DNA of 64,000 nucleotides from Candidatus Uhrbacteria bacterium. GTDB lineage: Bacteria; Patescibacteriota; Patescibacteriia; UBA9934. Positions 28,546-38,369 of the stretch are shown here, piece by piece; within the stretch, counting starts at the first letter, position 1, and each line of letters opens with the position of its first letter. A program made the position numbers and the translations under genes. The DNA lies in assembly GCA_943354605.1 (NCBI GenBank), contig CALRCK010000004.1, positions 23,584-87,583 of the forward strand, given 5' to 3'. The notes beneath the pieces were generated by a model. That model saw only the letters and a list, made by a program, of their open reading frames with translations, was not told the origin of the DNA and made no database searches.

Positions 28546-29292
28546 TTATTCTTGTGGTGCGTCCTCCGCCGCACGAGCAATTTGTTCAGTAAGACTTGCG
28601 TGATTCAGTTGTCCTTGAATCCACGTGAAGTGGTTCAAAAGAATCTTGGTGGTCTGCTCGACGGCCTCTTGAGGAGTAACCGTTCCGTCGGTGGTGATAT
28701 TCATGATGAGCTTGTCGTAGTTCGTGATTTCTCCGACGCGAGTATTCTCTACGCGGAAACCAACGTTACGCACTGGGCTGAACATGGCATCCACGGCGAT
28801 CACACCAATTTCTGTTGGGGCAGCGTCGCGTTCCTCGGTTGGAACGTACCCACGGCCGCGAGAAACGGTGATTTCCATGTCGAACGGCGTCTTTGCATCC
28901 GTGATGGTTGCAATCTCGAGCTCTGGGTTTGCGATGTCCACATCAGCGTTCTTTTCGATTGCTGCTGCGGTGACCACACCAACCTTGTTCGTTGCAAGCT
29001 TGAGGACCACTGGCTCTTCGCTGTGCACGCGCATGCGAAGCTTCTTGATGTTGAGCATGATGTCCAAGACATCTTCTTTCACACCAGGAACCGTGGAGAA
29101 CTCGTGTTGCACACCCTTGATTTTCATTGCCGTAACCGCTGCGCCTGGAAGAGACGAGAGCAACACGCGGCGAAGCGAGTTCCCAACCGTTGTACCGTAT
29201 CCGTGGTGGAGCGGCTCAATGGTAAGGATGGATTCGTTTGCAACTGCGCCAGGAGCGAAGTGCATCTTTGACGGAAGGAAAATGGTCTCCAT
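28546..29292 (-). CDS. rpoA: DNA-directed RNA polymerase alpha subunit, N-terminal domain only (no alpha-CTD)
   Basis: 248 aa with alpha-NTD blocks (LEPLHHGYGTTVGNSLRRVLLSSLPGAAV...). The protein ends about 12 aa after the NTD. rplQ starts 2 nt downstream, leaving no space for a CTD. Confidence 0.8.
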   Translation of the reverse strand: METIFLPSKMHFAPGAVANESILTIEPLHHGYGTTVGNSLRRVLLSSLPGAAVTAMKIKGVQHEFSTVPGVKEDVLDIMLNIKKLRMRVHSEEPVVLKLATNKVGVVTAAAIEKNADVDIANPELEIATITDAKTPFDMEITVSRGRGYVPTEERDAAPTEIGVIAVDAMFSPVRNVGFRVENTRVGEITNYDKLIMNITTDGTVTPQEAVEQTTKILLNHFTWIQGQLNHASLTEQIARAAEDAPQE

Positions 29293-29316
29293 AGGAAGGT
29301 TATGAGACGAATGCGA

Positions 29317-29937
29317 TTACCGCATTGAGTAAAACTCGATAATGAGCTTTGGATCGTATGCTTCCTTCAAATCATCCCCCATTGGAAGACTCACCACTTT
29401 GCCGACCAAGTTGTCACGGTGCAACCATCCTGCCGTGCGATGGGTTTTCAGGCGCTCCTCAAGATCCGCAAAGACCTTCTTGTCTTTCTTGCTCGCCTTG
29501 ATTTCAATCACGTCGTTGACCTGCACAGTATACGACGGAATGTTCAGCTTCTTGCCGTTCACAAAGAACATGCAGTGGCTGACCATTTGACGAGCCTGTG
29601 GACGCGTCTTCGCAAAGCCGAGGCGGTACACGGTGTTGTCCAAACGCTGCTCAAGCAAACGTCCGAGATTTTCTCCGGTGTTGCCCTCCATGCCGGTGGC
29701 CTTCACGAAGTAGTTTCGGAATTGTCGCTCCATGATACCGTACAATCGTTTTGCCTTCTGCTTTTCACGAAGCTGGGTTCCGAAAACCGAAACCTTTGCT
29801 GGCCGACCACCGGCCTTCCCGTGAACACCAGGAGCGTACGGACGCTTCTGCATCACCTTGAGCACACTCGTGGATGCCGACAATGCGACACCTTCACGAC
29901 GGCTCATCTTTCCCATTGGAATAAGAGTTTTTCCCAT
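29317..29937 (-). CDS. rpsD: 30S ribosomal protein S4
   Basis: 206 aa, S4 N-domain plus S4 RNA-binding domain (..RLDNTVYRLGFA..). Confidence 0.9.
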   Translation of the reverse strand: MGKTLIPMGKMSRREGVALSASTSVLKVMQKRPYAPGVHGKAGGRPAKVSVFGTQLREKQKAKRLYGIMERQFRNYFVKATGMEGNTGENLGRLLEQRLDNTVYRLGFAKTRPQARQMVSHCMFFVNGKKLNIPSYTVQVNDVIEIKASKKDKKVFADLEERLKTHRTAGWLHRDNLVGKVVSLPMGDDLKEAYDPKLIIEFYSMR

Positions 29938-29940
29938 AGA

Positions 29941-30378
29941 TTACATGCGACGAGCACGACGTGGACGGCACCCATTGTGTGGGACCGGCGTGGTGTCTTT
30001 AATGGAGAGCACGTTGAAACCGACCGTGTTCAATGCGCGCACTGCAGCGTCGCGGCCATTGCCGATACCCGTCACAAACACGTGCACATCCTTAAGGCCG
30101 AACGGTTCAACCTTTTCAAACACTTTCTTCACAATGACGCTTGCAGCGAAAGGCGTTGCTTTCTTTGGTCCCTTGAAGCCGCAGTTTCCCGCGCTCGACC
30201 ATGCCACGATGTTTCCGTTCGCATCGGTGAGCGACACGATGGTGTTGTTAAAGCTTGCGTGCACGTATGCGCGACCCTGAGGAATTTGGCGAACCACTTT
30301 CTTCTTTGCGGTCTTTGCACCAGCCTTTGCTGGCTTTTCGGCTTCCGTTGCGGGAGCGATAATTTCTTCTTCAGTCAT
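29941..30378 (-). CDS. rpsK: 30S ribosomal protein S11
   Basis: ..GRAYVHASFNNTIVSLTDANGN..RRARRM. Confidence 0.9.
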   Translation of the reverse strand: MTEEEIIAPATEAEKPAKAGAKTAKKKVVRQIPQGRAYVHASFNNTIVSLTDANGNIVAWSSAGNCGFKGPKKATPFAASVIVKKVFEKVEPFGLKDVHVFVTGIGNGRDAAVRALNTVGFNVLSIKDTTPVPHNGCRPRRARRM

Positions 30379-30381
30379 AGC

Positions 30382-30768
30382 TTAGGTCTTGGCAAGAGTA
30401 CGACGACCACTTCCGGCGGTCTTTCGAACGTTTCCTCGAACGGTTCGGGAATTCGACTTGGTGCGCTGTCCGCGAACCGGGAGGCCGCGGGTGTGGCGGG
30501 TTCCGCGATACGACGCAATATCCTTCAAACGCTTGATGTTTGAGAGAACGTCGCGGCGAAGTTCACCTTCTACGCGATATTCCTTTTCCACGATGACGCG
30601 AACCGCATTTTCCTGATCTAAGGTCAGGTCTTTCACGCGAATGTCGCCGCTCACCTTTGAACGCTCAATGACGTCCGCTGCGCGCTTTTCACCGATGCCG
30701 TAAATATACTGCAACGCGTAAAAAAGCTTTTTCTGAGTTGGGAGTGTAACACCAGCAATACGTGCCAT
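30382..30768 (-). CDS. rpsM: 30S ribosomal protein S13
   Basis: MARIAGVTLPTQKKLFYALQYIYGIG... Confidence 0.9.
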   Translation of the reverse strand: MARIAGVTLPTQKKLFYALQYIYGIGEKRAADVIERSKVSGDIRVKDLTLDQENAVRVIVEKEYRVEGELRRDVLSNIKRLKDIASYRGTRHTRGLPVRGQRTKSNSRTVRGNVRKTAGSGRRTLAKT

Positions 30769-30773
30769 AGATT

Positions 30774-30887
30774 TTAGCCTTGACGCTGCTTATGCTTAGG
30801 AGTCTTGCAAATGACGAGCACGCGACCTTCGCGGCGGATCACTTGGCAATCGCGGCACATTTTCTTGACGGAAGCGCGAACCTTCAT
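30774..30887 (-). CDS. rpmJ: 50S ribosomal protein L36
   Basis: Not in the ORF track because it is under 60 aa. The reverse complement reads [37 protein letters not shown]. Coordinates accurate to about 3 nt. Confidence 0.8.
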   Translation of the reverse strand: MKVRASVKKMCRDCQVIRREGRVLVICKTPKHKQRQG

Positions 30888-31014
30888 AGGGCGATGACTG
30901 AGGGCTAAGAGTAACGGAACTGACGGAAGAGAACCCTGAAGAAATAGACAAAATCATCAAGAACAAATTCAAGATGATTGTGAATAGGCTCGAGATGCCG
31001 ATCCGGAGAGTCTA

Positions 31015-31135
31015 GAACGTTTCCAGTTTAGGCCAGTTTTGATGAAGATTAAGGAAAGTTTCCGAGGCGTACTTCGTGGTACGTTGAGGAAATTTCCGAA
31101 AATCTGAGTCAAAAATGGACAAACCGGGGGCGTTC
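31015..31135. repeat. About 115-bp dispersed repeat (family 3, copy 1), diverged, between rpmJ and infA
   Basis: gtttccgaggcgtacttcgtggtacgttgagg...aaaatggacaaacc aligns to the copies at 40594 and 51128. Flanked by inverted tctagaacg / cgttctaga. Confidence 0.5.
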
Positions 31136-31350
31136 TAGAAACGGAACGTGATTCGTGCCTTTGTGAGATCATACGGGCTGATCTCCACTTTGACGTCATC
31201 GCCTGGCAGCACACGGATGCGATTTTTTCGCAGCTTGCCTGCCAAGTGGCCAATGACTTCGCGGTCGTTTTCGAGTTTTACCCGGAAGCTTCCACCTGGA
31301 AGGCTTTCCAGAATCTCTCCGCGCATTTCAATAAAGTCTTTTTCCGCCAT
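31135..31350 (-). CDS. infA: Translation initiation factor IF-1
   Basis: [71 protein letters not shown]. Confidence 0.9.
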   Translation of the reverse strand: MAEKDFIEMRGEILESLPGGSFRVKLENDREVIGHLAGKLRKNRIRVLPGDDVKVEISPYDLTKARITFRF

Positions 31351-31601
31351 AACTTTGCGATATGATACCACATTCACCTCAGTGGTGAGCGCGGTATTAC
31401 CGCTTCAGTAAAGCACCGGGATTGTAGGCCAGACGCGAAAAAGTGTCAATTATTTACCCACAAACGCCCTATTTTCCACCTTTTCATTGCTTTTCCCTTT
31501 ATTTTGTGCTATTCTTCCGCCGCGCCCGTCATTGATAGGCGTCTGTAACGGCCAGATCCGTCGTTGTCCCCGTCCCTCGCTCCCTCAATGGAGTTTCCCG
31601 C

Positions 31602-31976
31602 ATGTCCCGTTCGTCATCACAAACTGGTGCCCGCTTCCTCGCGGGCGATCGCTGCGAATCCCATCGCAGCACCCAGAACCGCCGGCCCAAGTCCGGTCCC
31701 GCCGCCAAGGGCTCCCCGCCCAGCAGCCACGCCCCAGAAGGCTACACGTCGGAGAAGTCCGGCACGGTCGTCGTCGTGCGCCGCAACGACATCGGTGCCG
31801 CCCCGGCACCGAACCGCTCCTCCGCCCATCACGAGCCCGGAGTCGTCATCCCGACGAAGTTCCCCGCGCCCAAGGCCGCCAACAGCAGCCCAGCAGACAC
31901 CGGCATGGCGTCGAACAACGGGCACTACCGAAACGGCCGCAGCGGCCGTTGCTCCGGCAAGCGCGCCTCGGGCTGA
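31602..31976 (+). CDS. Hypothetical low-complexity basic protein (high-GC island 4)
   Basis: 124-aa ORF with very high GC3 in this frame only. ggag sits 8 nt upstream of the ATG. Ser/Pro/Arg-rich with no recognisable domain. Could instead be a decayed or noncoding insert. Confidence 0.25.
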   Translation: MSRSSSQTGARFLAGDRCESHRSTQNRRPKSGPAAKGSPPSSHAPEGYTSEKSGTVVVVRRNDIGAAPAPNRSSAHHEPGVVIPTKFPAPKAANSSPADTGMASNNGHYRNGRSGRCSGKRASG

Positions 31977-32086
31977 TCGGGATCGGTCGGTCGGAGAACA
32001 CGGCGTCGCGCAGAACGTGCGCTACGCAAAGGCCGGTCGTCTTCCCCAGACGGCCGGCCTCATCGCATCTATGGGGATTTTTTTGT

Positions 32087-33967
32087 TTACGCCTTCTTTC
32101 CCAAAATCGCCTTAATGCGTCGAACGCCCGCCGACACAGCTTCTTCTTTCGCGATGGTGATACCGCCGAGTTCCCCCGTGTGTTCCACGTGCGGCCCTCC
32201 ACAAATTTCCTTCGAGAAGTCGCCGATCGAGTACACCTTAATCTTGTCACCAATCGTTGCGTACTTGTCGCCGAACAATCCAATCGCACCACGCGCCTTC
32301 GCCTCGTCGACAGTAAGCATCTCGAATTTCACCGGAAGATCTTTCTCAATCTGCTCGTTGACGATCCGTTCAACCTCAGCGATTTGCTCCGGGGTCATCT
32401 TCTCGCTGTGACTGAAATCGAATCGCAATCGCTCAGCGGTAATGTTGCTTCCTTTCTGCGCAACGTGATCGCCAAGCACGGTTCGCAACGCCTGATGCAA
32501 CAAATGCGTTGCAGTGTGCAACTTCGTCGTCTCAACAGAATGATCGGCGAGTCCTCCGGCAAACTTCTGCTCACTTCCCGCACGAGACAAATCTTGATGC
32601 TTCTTGAAATCGACTGCAAATTGGTCCGCGTCGACTTTCAGGTTGTGCGATCGCAGTAATTCTTCGGTCGTCAGCTCCAATGGAAAACCGAAACTCTGAT
32701 ACAGGTTGAACGCGTCAGTTCCTGTCACGCCGTTTCCACGATCGACAATCTTCTTCAATTCACGCAACCCTTGTTCAATCGTCTTTGCGAATTTCGTCTC
32801 TTCCATTTCGATCGCGCTCAAAATCGCCTCACGCTTCTCATCGAGACTTGGATACGCAACGTTATACATATCGATGTACGCCTCGGAAACCGATCGCACG
32901 ATCGCATTTGCAACGACGAGCTTACGTGCAAAGCGCACTGCACGACGGAGTAATCGGCGAACAAAATATCCTTGGTCTTTATTCCCCGGCAACACACCGT
33001 CGCCAATAAGGAAGGTTGCCGCACGAATGTGGTCGAGAATCACGCGGAACGCGTATGTATCAGATTCATTCGATCCATAGGTCTTATTTGTCGAATGTTC
33101 CAGAGCCAACCGCGCCGGTGCGAAGGCATCAATACGGAACATATCCGGATCACCGTTCACCGCGGATGCCACACGCTCCAATCCCCCACCAAAATCGACG
33201 TTGCGCTGCGGAAGCTCTGCAAATCCGTCTGCCGTCTTCACGTATTGCATGAACACGTTGTTGCCGATTTCCATAAACCGACCACAATCGCAGTTCACGT
33301 GGCACACCGGATCCGCGAGCGGAGACTTTTCGTGCAACCCAAGATGTTCACCGAAGTCCCAAAACATCTCCGTGTCCGGGCCACCAGGTTCGCCAACCGG
33401 CATGTTTGCCGGAACACCAGCGCGGCTCCACCAATTCTTTTTTTCTGGGTACGTAAAAATTCTCCCGCCCTGCAAGCCGTTCGTATCAGCATCTTCAACG
33501 ACCTTCGCGTCGATGCCTGCGGATGCAAAACATTTTGTCCAAAGCGCGATGGCCTCGTCGTCTCGTCCAACACCAATGTCGGCATTTCCCCGGAACACGG
33601 TCACGTACAAGTTTTTTGGATCGAGTTTGAGCTCACCAGTCAAAAACTCGTACATCCACGGAATCTGTTCATGTTTAAAATAATCGCCCAGGCTCCAATT
33701 GCCGAGCATCTCGAAGAATGTGGTGTGACGATTATCGCCAACTTCCTCAATATCGCCGGAACGGAAGCATTTCTGACTGTCGGCAATGCGCGTGCCAGCG
33801 GCATGCTTTTCTCCGAGCAAATACTGGATCATCGGTTGCATTCCAGAGCCGGTGAACAACGTTGTTGGATCATTTTCTGGTAACAGCGATGATGATGGAA
33901 TGATCACGTGGCCGTGTTTTGCAAAAAAATCGAGATATTTTTGGCGGATTTCGTTGGTGGTAAGCAT
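32087..33967 (-). CDS. alaS: Alanyl-tRNA synthetase, short form (catalytic + tRNA-binding + editing domains, no C-Ala domain)
   Basis: N-terminus MLTTNEIRQKYLDFFAKHGHVIIPSSSLLP...FTGSGMQPM. Editing-domain HxxxH motif (HTATHLLHQALRTVLGDH). 626 aa, against about 870 in typical bacteria. Confidence 0.85.
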   Translation of the reverse strand: MLTTNEIRQKYLDFFAKHGHVIIPSSSLLPENDPTTLFTGSGMQPMIQYLLGEKHAAGTRIADSQKCFRSGDIEEVGDNRHTTFFEMLGNWSLGDYFKHEQIPWMYEFLTGELKLDPKNLYVTVFRGNADIGVGRDDEAIALWTKCFASAGIDAKVVEDADTNGLQGGRIFTYPEKKNWWSRAGVPANMPVGEPGGPDTEMFWDFGEHLGLHEKSPLADPVCHVNCDCGRFMEIGNNVFMQYVKTADGFAELPQRNVDFGGGLERVASAVNGDPDMFRIDAFAPARLALEHSTNKTYGSNESDTYAFRVILDHIRAATFLIGDGVLPGNKDQGYFVRRLLRRAVRFARKLVVANAIVRSVSEAYIDMYNVAYPSLDEKREAILSAIEMEETKFAKTIEQGLRELKKIVDRGNGVTGTDAFNLYQSFGFPLELTTEELLRSHNLKVDADQFAVDFKKHQDLSRAGSEQKFAGGLADHSVETTKLHTATHLLHQALRTVLGDHVAQKGSNITAERLRFDFSHSEKMTPEQIAEVERIVNEQIEKDLPVKFEMLTVDEAKARGAIGLFGDKYATIGDKIKVYSIGDFSKEICGGPHVEHTGELGGITIAKEEAVSAGVRRIKAILGKKA

Positions 33968-34333
33968 AGAAAGAGATGGAGGGATTGTAGCTGAACTGCA
34001 GAAAGGACGGAAGGGACGAAACGAACAACGCCCGCCTCCAACGTGTATGGAGACGGGCCGTCCTCACGGGAACATGACACTATATCGCCAAGGCGATCAC
34101 TCGTGCCACCGCCACCGCGGTAGCGATGATGAGCCCAAGGATCAGGATCACGCCCATCATGCCGGCGACGATATTGCCGGGTGTCATCACGAAGCCCTTT
34201 TGCTCGTCGTCGGTCATTCGAACACCGGAATCTGGCTGAAGGAACGGAAGAAACGCGAAGCCACAAGGAACAAGAGCCGCATGAACACTCCAGTACTCCC
34301 CTTTTATACACAAAACGATACAGATTGTAAAAA

Positions 34334-34993
34334 TTATTCTTCGTCCCACGTCACTCTTCCATCGCTCCTGATATCAATTGGGTCTCCAAAAAAACGCGGG
34401 GGAACATGAAAGGCGACACCGATAACTGCCTTTGCATCCGCAAGAAATTCGCGAAATTCGTACCGAAGAATCCCAACATACGTTTGCCGATCTGCCGCAA
34501 CCCCTTGCGCCTCGATTTCAAAAGCATTCGCGAGATACAGTGCTCGAGGAAGATGGTACGTCTGTGTCACAACGATTGCTTTCGTTACGCCGAACACTTT
34601 GCTCGCGCGAATCAGCGAATCGTACGTATCGAACCCGGCGTGGTCGAGAAAAATATCGTCAGGATCAACATTCGCTGTAAGCAAATACACACGCATCGCA
34701 TTCACTTCGTCGTACTCGATCTGTCCGTCGTCGCCACTTACCAAAATCTTGTCGACCGATCCTGAACGATACAAATCAATCGCCGTCAGCAAACGGTCCC
34801 GCAAAATATCCGACGGCTCACCGTCCGCCTTCACCTTCGCTCCAAGAACGATTGCTACTGGTGCGTGGTCGACCTCGCCGATCGGCACGATCGATGATCG
34901 AAAGCGCAACACAATACAATCGGTAACGAGAATGAAGCAGACGCTGATCAACAGCGCAGCGGCGAGAACGCGCAAAAATATGTTCTTTCGCAT
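34334..34993 (-). CDS. SanA/YdcF (DUF218) family protein
   Basis: N-terminal TM helix then a DUF218-like core (VAIVLGAKVKADGEPSDILRDRLLTAIDLYRSGSVDKILVSGDDG...). Confidence 0.55.
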   Translation of the reverse strand: MRKNIFLRVLAAALLISVCFILVTDCIVLRFRSSIVPIGEVDHAPVAIVLGAKVKADGEPSDILRDRLLTAIDLYRSGSVDKILVSGDDGQIEYDEVNAMRVYLLTANVDPDDIFLDHAGFDTYDSLIRASKVFGVTKAIVVTQTYHLPRALYLANAFEIEAQGVAADRQTYVGILRYEFREFLADAKAVIGVAFHVPPRFFGDPIDIRSDGRVTWDEE

Positions 34994-34999
34994 AATTCC

Positions 35000-35611
35000 C
35001 TATCGCTTCCCCCACCAAAAAAGCCACACACTCAACGCCGCCGCAAAGAAGCACCATACCGATGTAAACGCGTAGGAAAACACGATCCACGCGATTGCCG
35101 CAGCAATAAACGACAGCGCGCCAAACATGCGAAGCTTCCGATCGGATGACACAAGAAAGCTTCCGGTCGTGACCAACACATATGCGCACACGCCAACAAA
35201 GAAATAGGGAATCTCTATGCCGTACAACAGGCTTGCCGATCTTGGAACAATGCTCAACGGTTCATGAAAAAGCACGGTGAGCAAATACGCAGACATCGTC
35301 ATTCCCGCACCAAGCATCACGAGGAGCACACGCTTCCGCCACGCAACATGCTCTGCGTACCACACGGAAAGTGGTAACCAAATCGGCCACACCAAAAACG
35401 CAAAAAAGAGAAACCCGTATCCTAAAATCTGACTGCACGTACTCGGCTTCTCAACGAGCCACTGCACGCCTTCAATCGCCTGCTGAACGGCAAAGAAAAA
35501 CGGAATCAGCGCAACAAGACGTTTGTGTGGACGCGCATGGCGCAGCGTTTTTCCGCCGGCATAGCTCAATGCAGCGCTTGTCGCAAAGCTCACCGGCGCA
35601 GAAAAACACAT
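35000..35611 (-). CDS. Hypothetical polytopic membrane protein
   Basis: 203 aa, 6 predicted TM helices. No family assigned. Confidence 0.35.
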   Translation of the reverse strand: MCFSAPVSFATSAALSYAGGKTLRHARPHKRLVALIPFFFAVQQAIEGVQWLVEKPSTCSQILGYGFLFFAFLVWPIWLPLSVWYAEHVAWRKRVLLVMLGAGMTMSAYLLTVLFHEPLSIVPRSASLLYGIEIPYFFVGVCAYVLVTTGSFLVSSDRKLRMFGALSFIAAAIAWIVFSYAFTSVWCFFAAALSVWLFWWGKR

Positions 35612-35616
35612 AAATC

Positions 35617-37221
35617 CTATAGGGTATTTACGACTTCAACCGGTTTTGATTGACGCAACATCTTTCGGCGCACCCCGCGAGCAAACGCCACCATGTCGTC
35701 GTTGTTAAAGAGGATTCCGAGAAGAACATATGCAATGAAACCGAGGCCGCCAGCAAGGCCGGTTTGAATAAACACACTGATATACGACTTCAATGGGACG
35801 ACCGTTACGACTGCATACTTCACGCCCTGAGTAACAGCACCGGCAAGCACTGCAGCAATCGAAATCATCAGCGTTGTGCGAAGAATCCGCTTCTCATCGA
35901 GGCTGCCAATTCGATGATGCAGCAGAGCCCACAAGAGCGCCACCTGCACCATTGCAGAAATACTGAACGCCGCGCTTAATCCAACCACACCAAACTGCAA
36001 AGAGAGCATCCGTCCAAGGCCGATGTTCACCAACGCTGCAACCACCGCAACCGCAAATGGCGTCTTTGCGTCTTCAAGGGCAAAGAATGCGCGAACAAGA
36101 ATCGTGACGAGTGCTTGTGCCGCAAAGCTGATCGCGAAGAGCGCAAGTGTGTCCGCCGTGGTTACCGTGCTCATCCAATCAAAATTCTTTCCGCCAAATG
36201 CCAACCGCACAAGCTGAGCGCGGAGCAAAAGAAATGAAACCGTTGCCGGAATAATCCAAAGCAACACTTGTCGTACCGCGTTCGAAAACGTTTGCACAAA
36301 TCCTGGCATGTCTTTTGCTGCCGCTCGTTCGCACAGCATTGGGAACGACGCCACGGCATACGCCATTGCAATCACGCCGATCGGAAAGGAGTTGAGGTTG
36401 TACGCAAGATCGAGCATCGTTGTTGATCCCGCAACCAATAGACTCGCCACACTCGTCATCGCGACAAAATTTCCTTGGCTCACTGCCAATCCGAGCACAC
36501 GCGGAACCATTTGAATCGCCGTTGTGCGAAGATCTGGATCGCGAAGATTGAAGACGGGACGATATTTGTATCCAAGTGCATACACACCAATTCCTTGCAG
36601 TAATGCATGCATCGCTGCGCCAAGCACACTTCCCCACGCCAAACCGATCGGACCGAGAAGTGGAACAAAGATCATCACGCCAGCGATGATGCCGATGTTA
36701 TTGACAATCGGCGCAAGAGCGTACAAAAAGAACCGACGCGTTCCCTGGAGCACTGATCCAAACACCATGCTCGCCGCAAAGAACAGTTCAGCAAGATACA
36801 TTACACGACTCATGGAAACCGTCATCGCCATCTTTTCCGCACCATATCCCGGAGCAATAATCGATACCGCCCACGGCGCGGTTGCGATGGCAATCACGAC
36901 GACAACGCCGAATACCACACCGAACACGTTCAAAATCGTATTCGTAAATTTCCAGGCCTTCTCGTCGTCGTGTCCGTAGTATTTCGCAAAAATCGGAATA
37001 AAGCTCGCAGAAAGCGCGCCAAGAATGAGCAACTGTAACAACATGTCCGGAACAAGAAATGCACTGGTGTATGCATCAAGCGTGTCTCCGGCACCAAACG
37101 TTCCCGCCAAAATGTAATCGCGCAGCGCGCCGAACAATCGGCTCACCATCGAAAGTCCGCCGATAATAACAGCAGCACTCGTGATGCTTCCCGCTTTACT
37201 GGTGAAGAGTGCCTTGATCAT
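35617..37221 (-). CDS. murJ: Lipid II flippase MurJ (MviN)
   Basis: MOP-superfamily N-terminus (..AVIIGGLSMVSRLFGALRDYILAGTFGAGDTLDAYTSAFLVPD..), 14 TM helices. Start trimmed to MIKALF. Confidence 0.85.
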   Translation of the reverse strand: MIKALFTSKAGSITSAAVIIGGLSMVSRLFGALRDYILAGTFGAGDTLDAYTSAFLVPDMLLQLLILGALSASFIPIFAKYYGHDDEKAWKFTNTILNVFGVVFGVVVVIAIATAPWAVSIIAPGYGAEKMAMTVSMSRVMYLAELFFAASMVFGSVLQGTRRFFLYALAPIVNNIGIIAGVMIFVPLLGPIGLAWGSVLGAAMHALLQGIGVYALGYKYRPVFNLRDPDLRTTAIQMVPRVLGLAVSQGNFVAMTSVASLLVAGSTTMLDLAYNLNSFPIGVIAMAYAVASFPMLCERAAAKDMPGFVQTFSNAVRQVLLWIIPATVSFLLLRAQLVRLAFGGKNFDWMSTVTTADTLALFAISFAAQALVTILVRAFFALEDAKTPFAVAVVAALVNIGLGRMLSLQFGVVGLSAAFSISAMVQVALLWALLHHRIGSLDEKRILRTTLMISIAAVLAGAVTQGVKYAVVTVVPLKSYISVFIQTGLAGGLGFIAYVLLGILFNNDDMVAFARGVRRKMLRQSKPVEVVNTL

Positions 37222-38368
37222 ACGTTCTGCGAAGTTTGATGAATGCAAAGCCAAACACAAACAGTGCAGAAAGCAACGCCCCAATAAGCATCATCACCTG
37301 TGGGTTATCAAGGTGAAAAAACGACACGTCGAATATTTGCGCGTCGGAAAGTGTTGTGCCGTCCGCATTCACAATCGCCAATGTTACGGTATATGTTCCG
37401 GGCCCAGAAAATGCGTGCGTAATTTGCGGCTGCACACTGGTCGCGCCGTCGCCAAAGTCCCAACTGAACCGCACGCCGTCTTCTGGCTGATCCGCAAGCG
37501 TGAATTCGTACGTTCGCCAATCCACTTGTTTTGACGTGAATCGTGCGAGTGGCGACGTGGTGAGCTTTGATGTGGAGCTTGTGATTGCCGCAACGGCATT
37601 TTCAACGGTTGTTGCAGCAGTACTCGCCGCAGTTGGCGAAGTGGTCGACGACGAAGACATTGTCGACGACGCGCTCGAGGAACTCGACGACGTCGTGGAG
37701 GCTGTTGTGGTGGTTGACGGTGTTGGAGCTGTAGCGACCGGTGCGGCAGCGGCCACAGGCTTTGGCGCAGGAATACCAGTCACCGTGCCATCAAGCGGCG
37801 CAGGATCATTCGCATCGCTCACACCGTCGCCGTCGTCGTCTGTATCGCACGCGTCACCCTTGCCGTCGCCATCGGTGTCGAGCTGGTCCGCATTCGCATC
37901 GTTCACACAATTGTCGGAGTCATCGATGACACCATCACGATCTGCATCTGCGACCGGACTGTACAGCGGCGTAATTGCGCCGTCGTTTTCTGGATTGGTG
38001 TCTTGTGGCGTTGCACCCTGGAGCACCGCGCGAATATTGAACGTTCCATTCGGAACCGTGAAATCAACAAAGACATCGTCCGGGTTGCCGCTCGCCCGAA
38101 GCGAAACTGGTTGAGACTGACCAATAACCATCCCGCCCTGATAGAACAACACATAGGCCGTGGCATCCGTGTCGCCGACGTTTCGAACGCGAGCGTAAAT
38201 GCGAACCGTGTCGCCGACGTACAGCGTTGATTGAGAGAATGAGATGTTGTTGCTATCAAGCGCGAGGTCGACGAAAGACGCGTGAACAATCGGCGATCGC
38301 GTTGTGGTAAAACAGACAACGCTCACGAGCAGCGCAACAACGAATCGAGGAAAAAATCGAATTCGCAT
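37196..38368 (-). CDS. Membrane-anchored surface protein: CARDB-like domain, thrombospondin type-3 Ca-binding repeats, Ser/Thr-rich linker, PKD domain, C-terminal TM helix
   Basis: Signal peptide MRIRFFPRFVVALLVSVV. TSP3 repeats (DADRDGVIDDSDNCVNDANADQLDTDGDGKGDACDTDDDGDGVSD). PKD block (FSWDFGDGAT..HAFSGPGTYTVTL). Start trimmed to MRIRFF (ATG 38368). Confidence 0.65.
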   Translation of the reverse strand: MRIRFFPRFVVALLVSVVCFTTTRSPIVHASFVDLALDSNNISFSQSTLYVGDTVRIYARVRNVGDTDATAYVLFYQGGMVIGQSQPVSLRASGNPDDVFVDFTVPNGTFNIRAVLQGATPQDTNPENDGAITPLYSPVADADRDGVIDDSDNCVNDANADQLDTDGDGKGDACDTDDDGDGVSDANDPAPLDGTVTGIPAPKPVAAAAPVATAPTPSTTTTASTTSSSSSSASSTMSSSSTTSPTAASTAATTVENAVAAITSSTSKLTTSPLARFTSKQVDWRTYEFTLADQPEDGVRFSWDFGDGATSVQPQITHAFSGPGTYTVTLAIVNADGTTLSDAQIFDVSFFHLDNPQVMMLIGALLSALFVFGFAFIKLRRTYDQGTLHQ

Positions 38369-38369
38369 A

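Noticed and set aside
28366-30543. Long + strand ORFs (301 aa, 374 aa, 193 aa) across the ribosomal-protein/rpoA operon
   Set aside because: They are antisense to highly conserved rpoA, rpsD and rpsK genes, and their translations have no recognisable features.
31487-32659. 390-aa and 183-aa + strand ORFs spanning high-GC island 4 and running antisense into alaS
   Set aside because: The translations are Pro/Arg/Ser-rich and read through a compositionally foreign insert, then antisense through a well-supported alaS gene. Only the 124-aa GC3-consistent frame is kept, at low confidence.
37741-37929. Arg/His-rich 62-aa + strand ORF inside the surface-protein gene
   Set aside because: It is antisense to the TSP3-repeat region (a GAC/GAT-rich sense strand gives an R/H-rich antisense).
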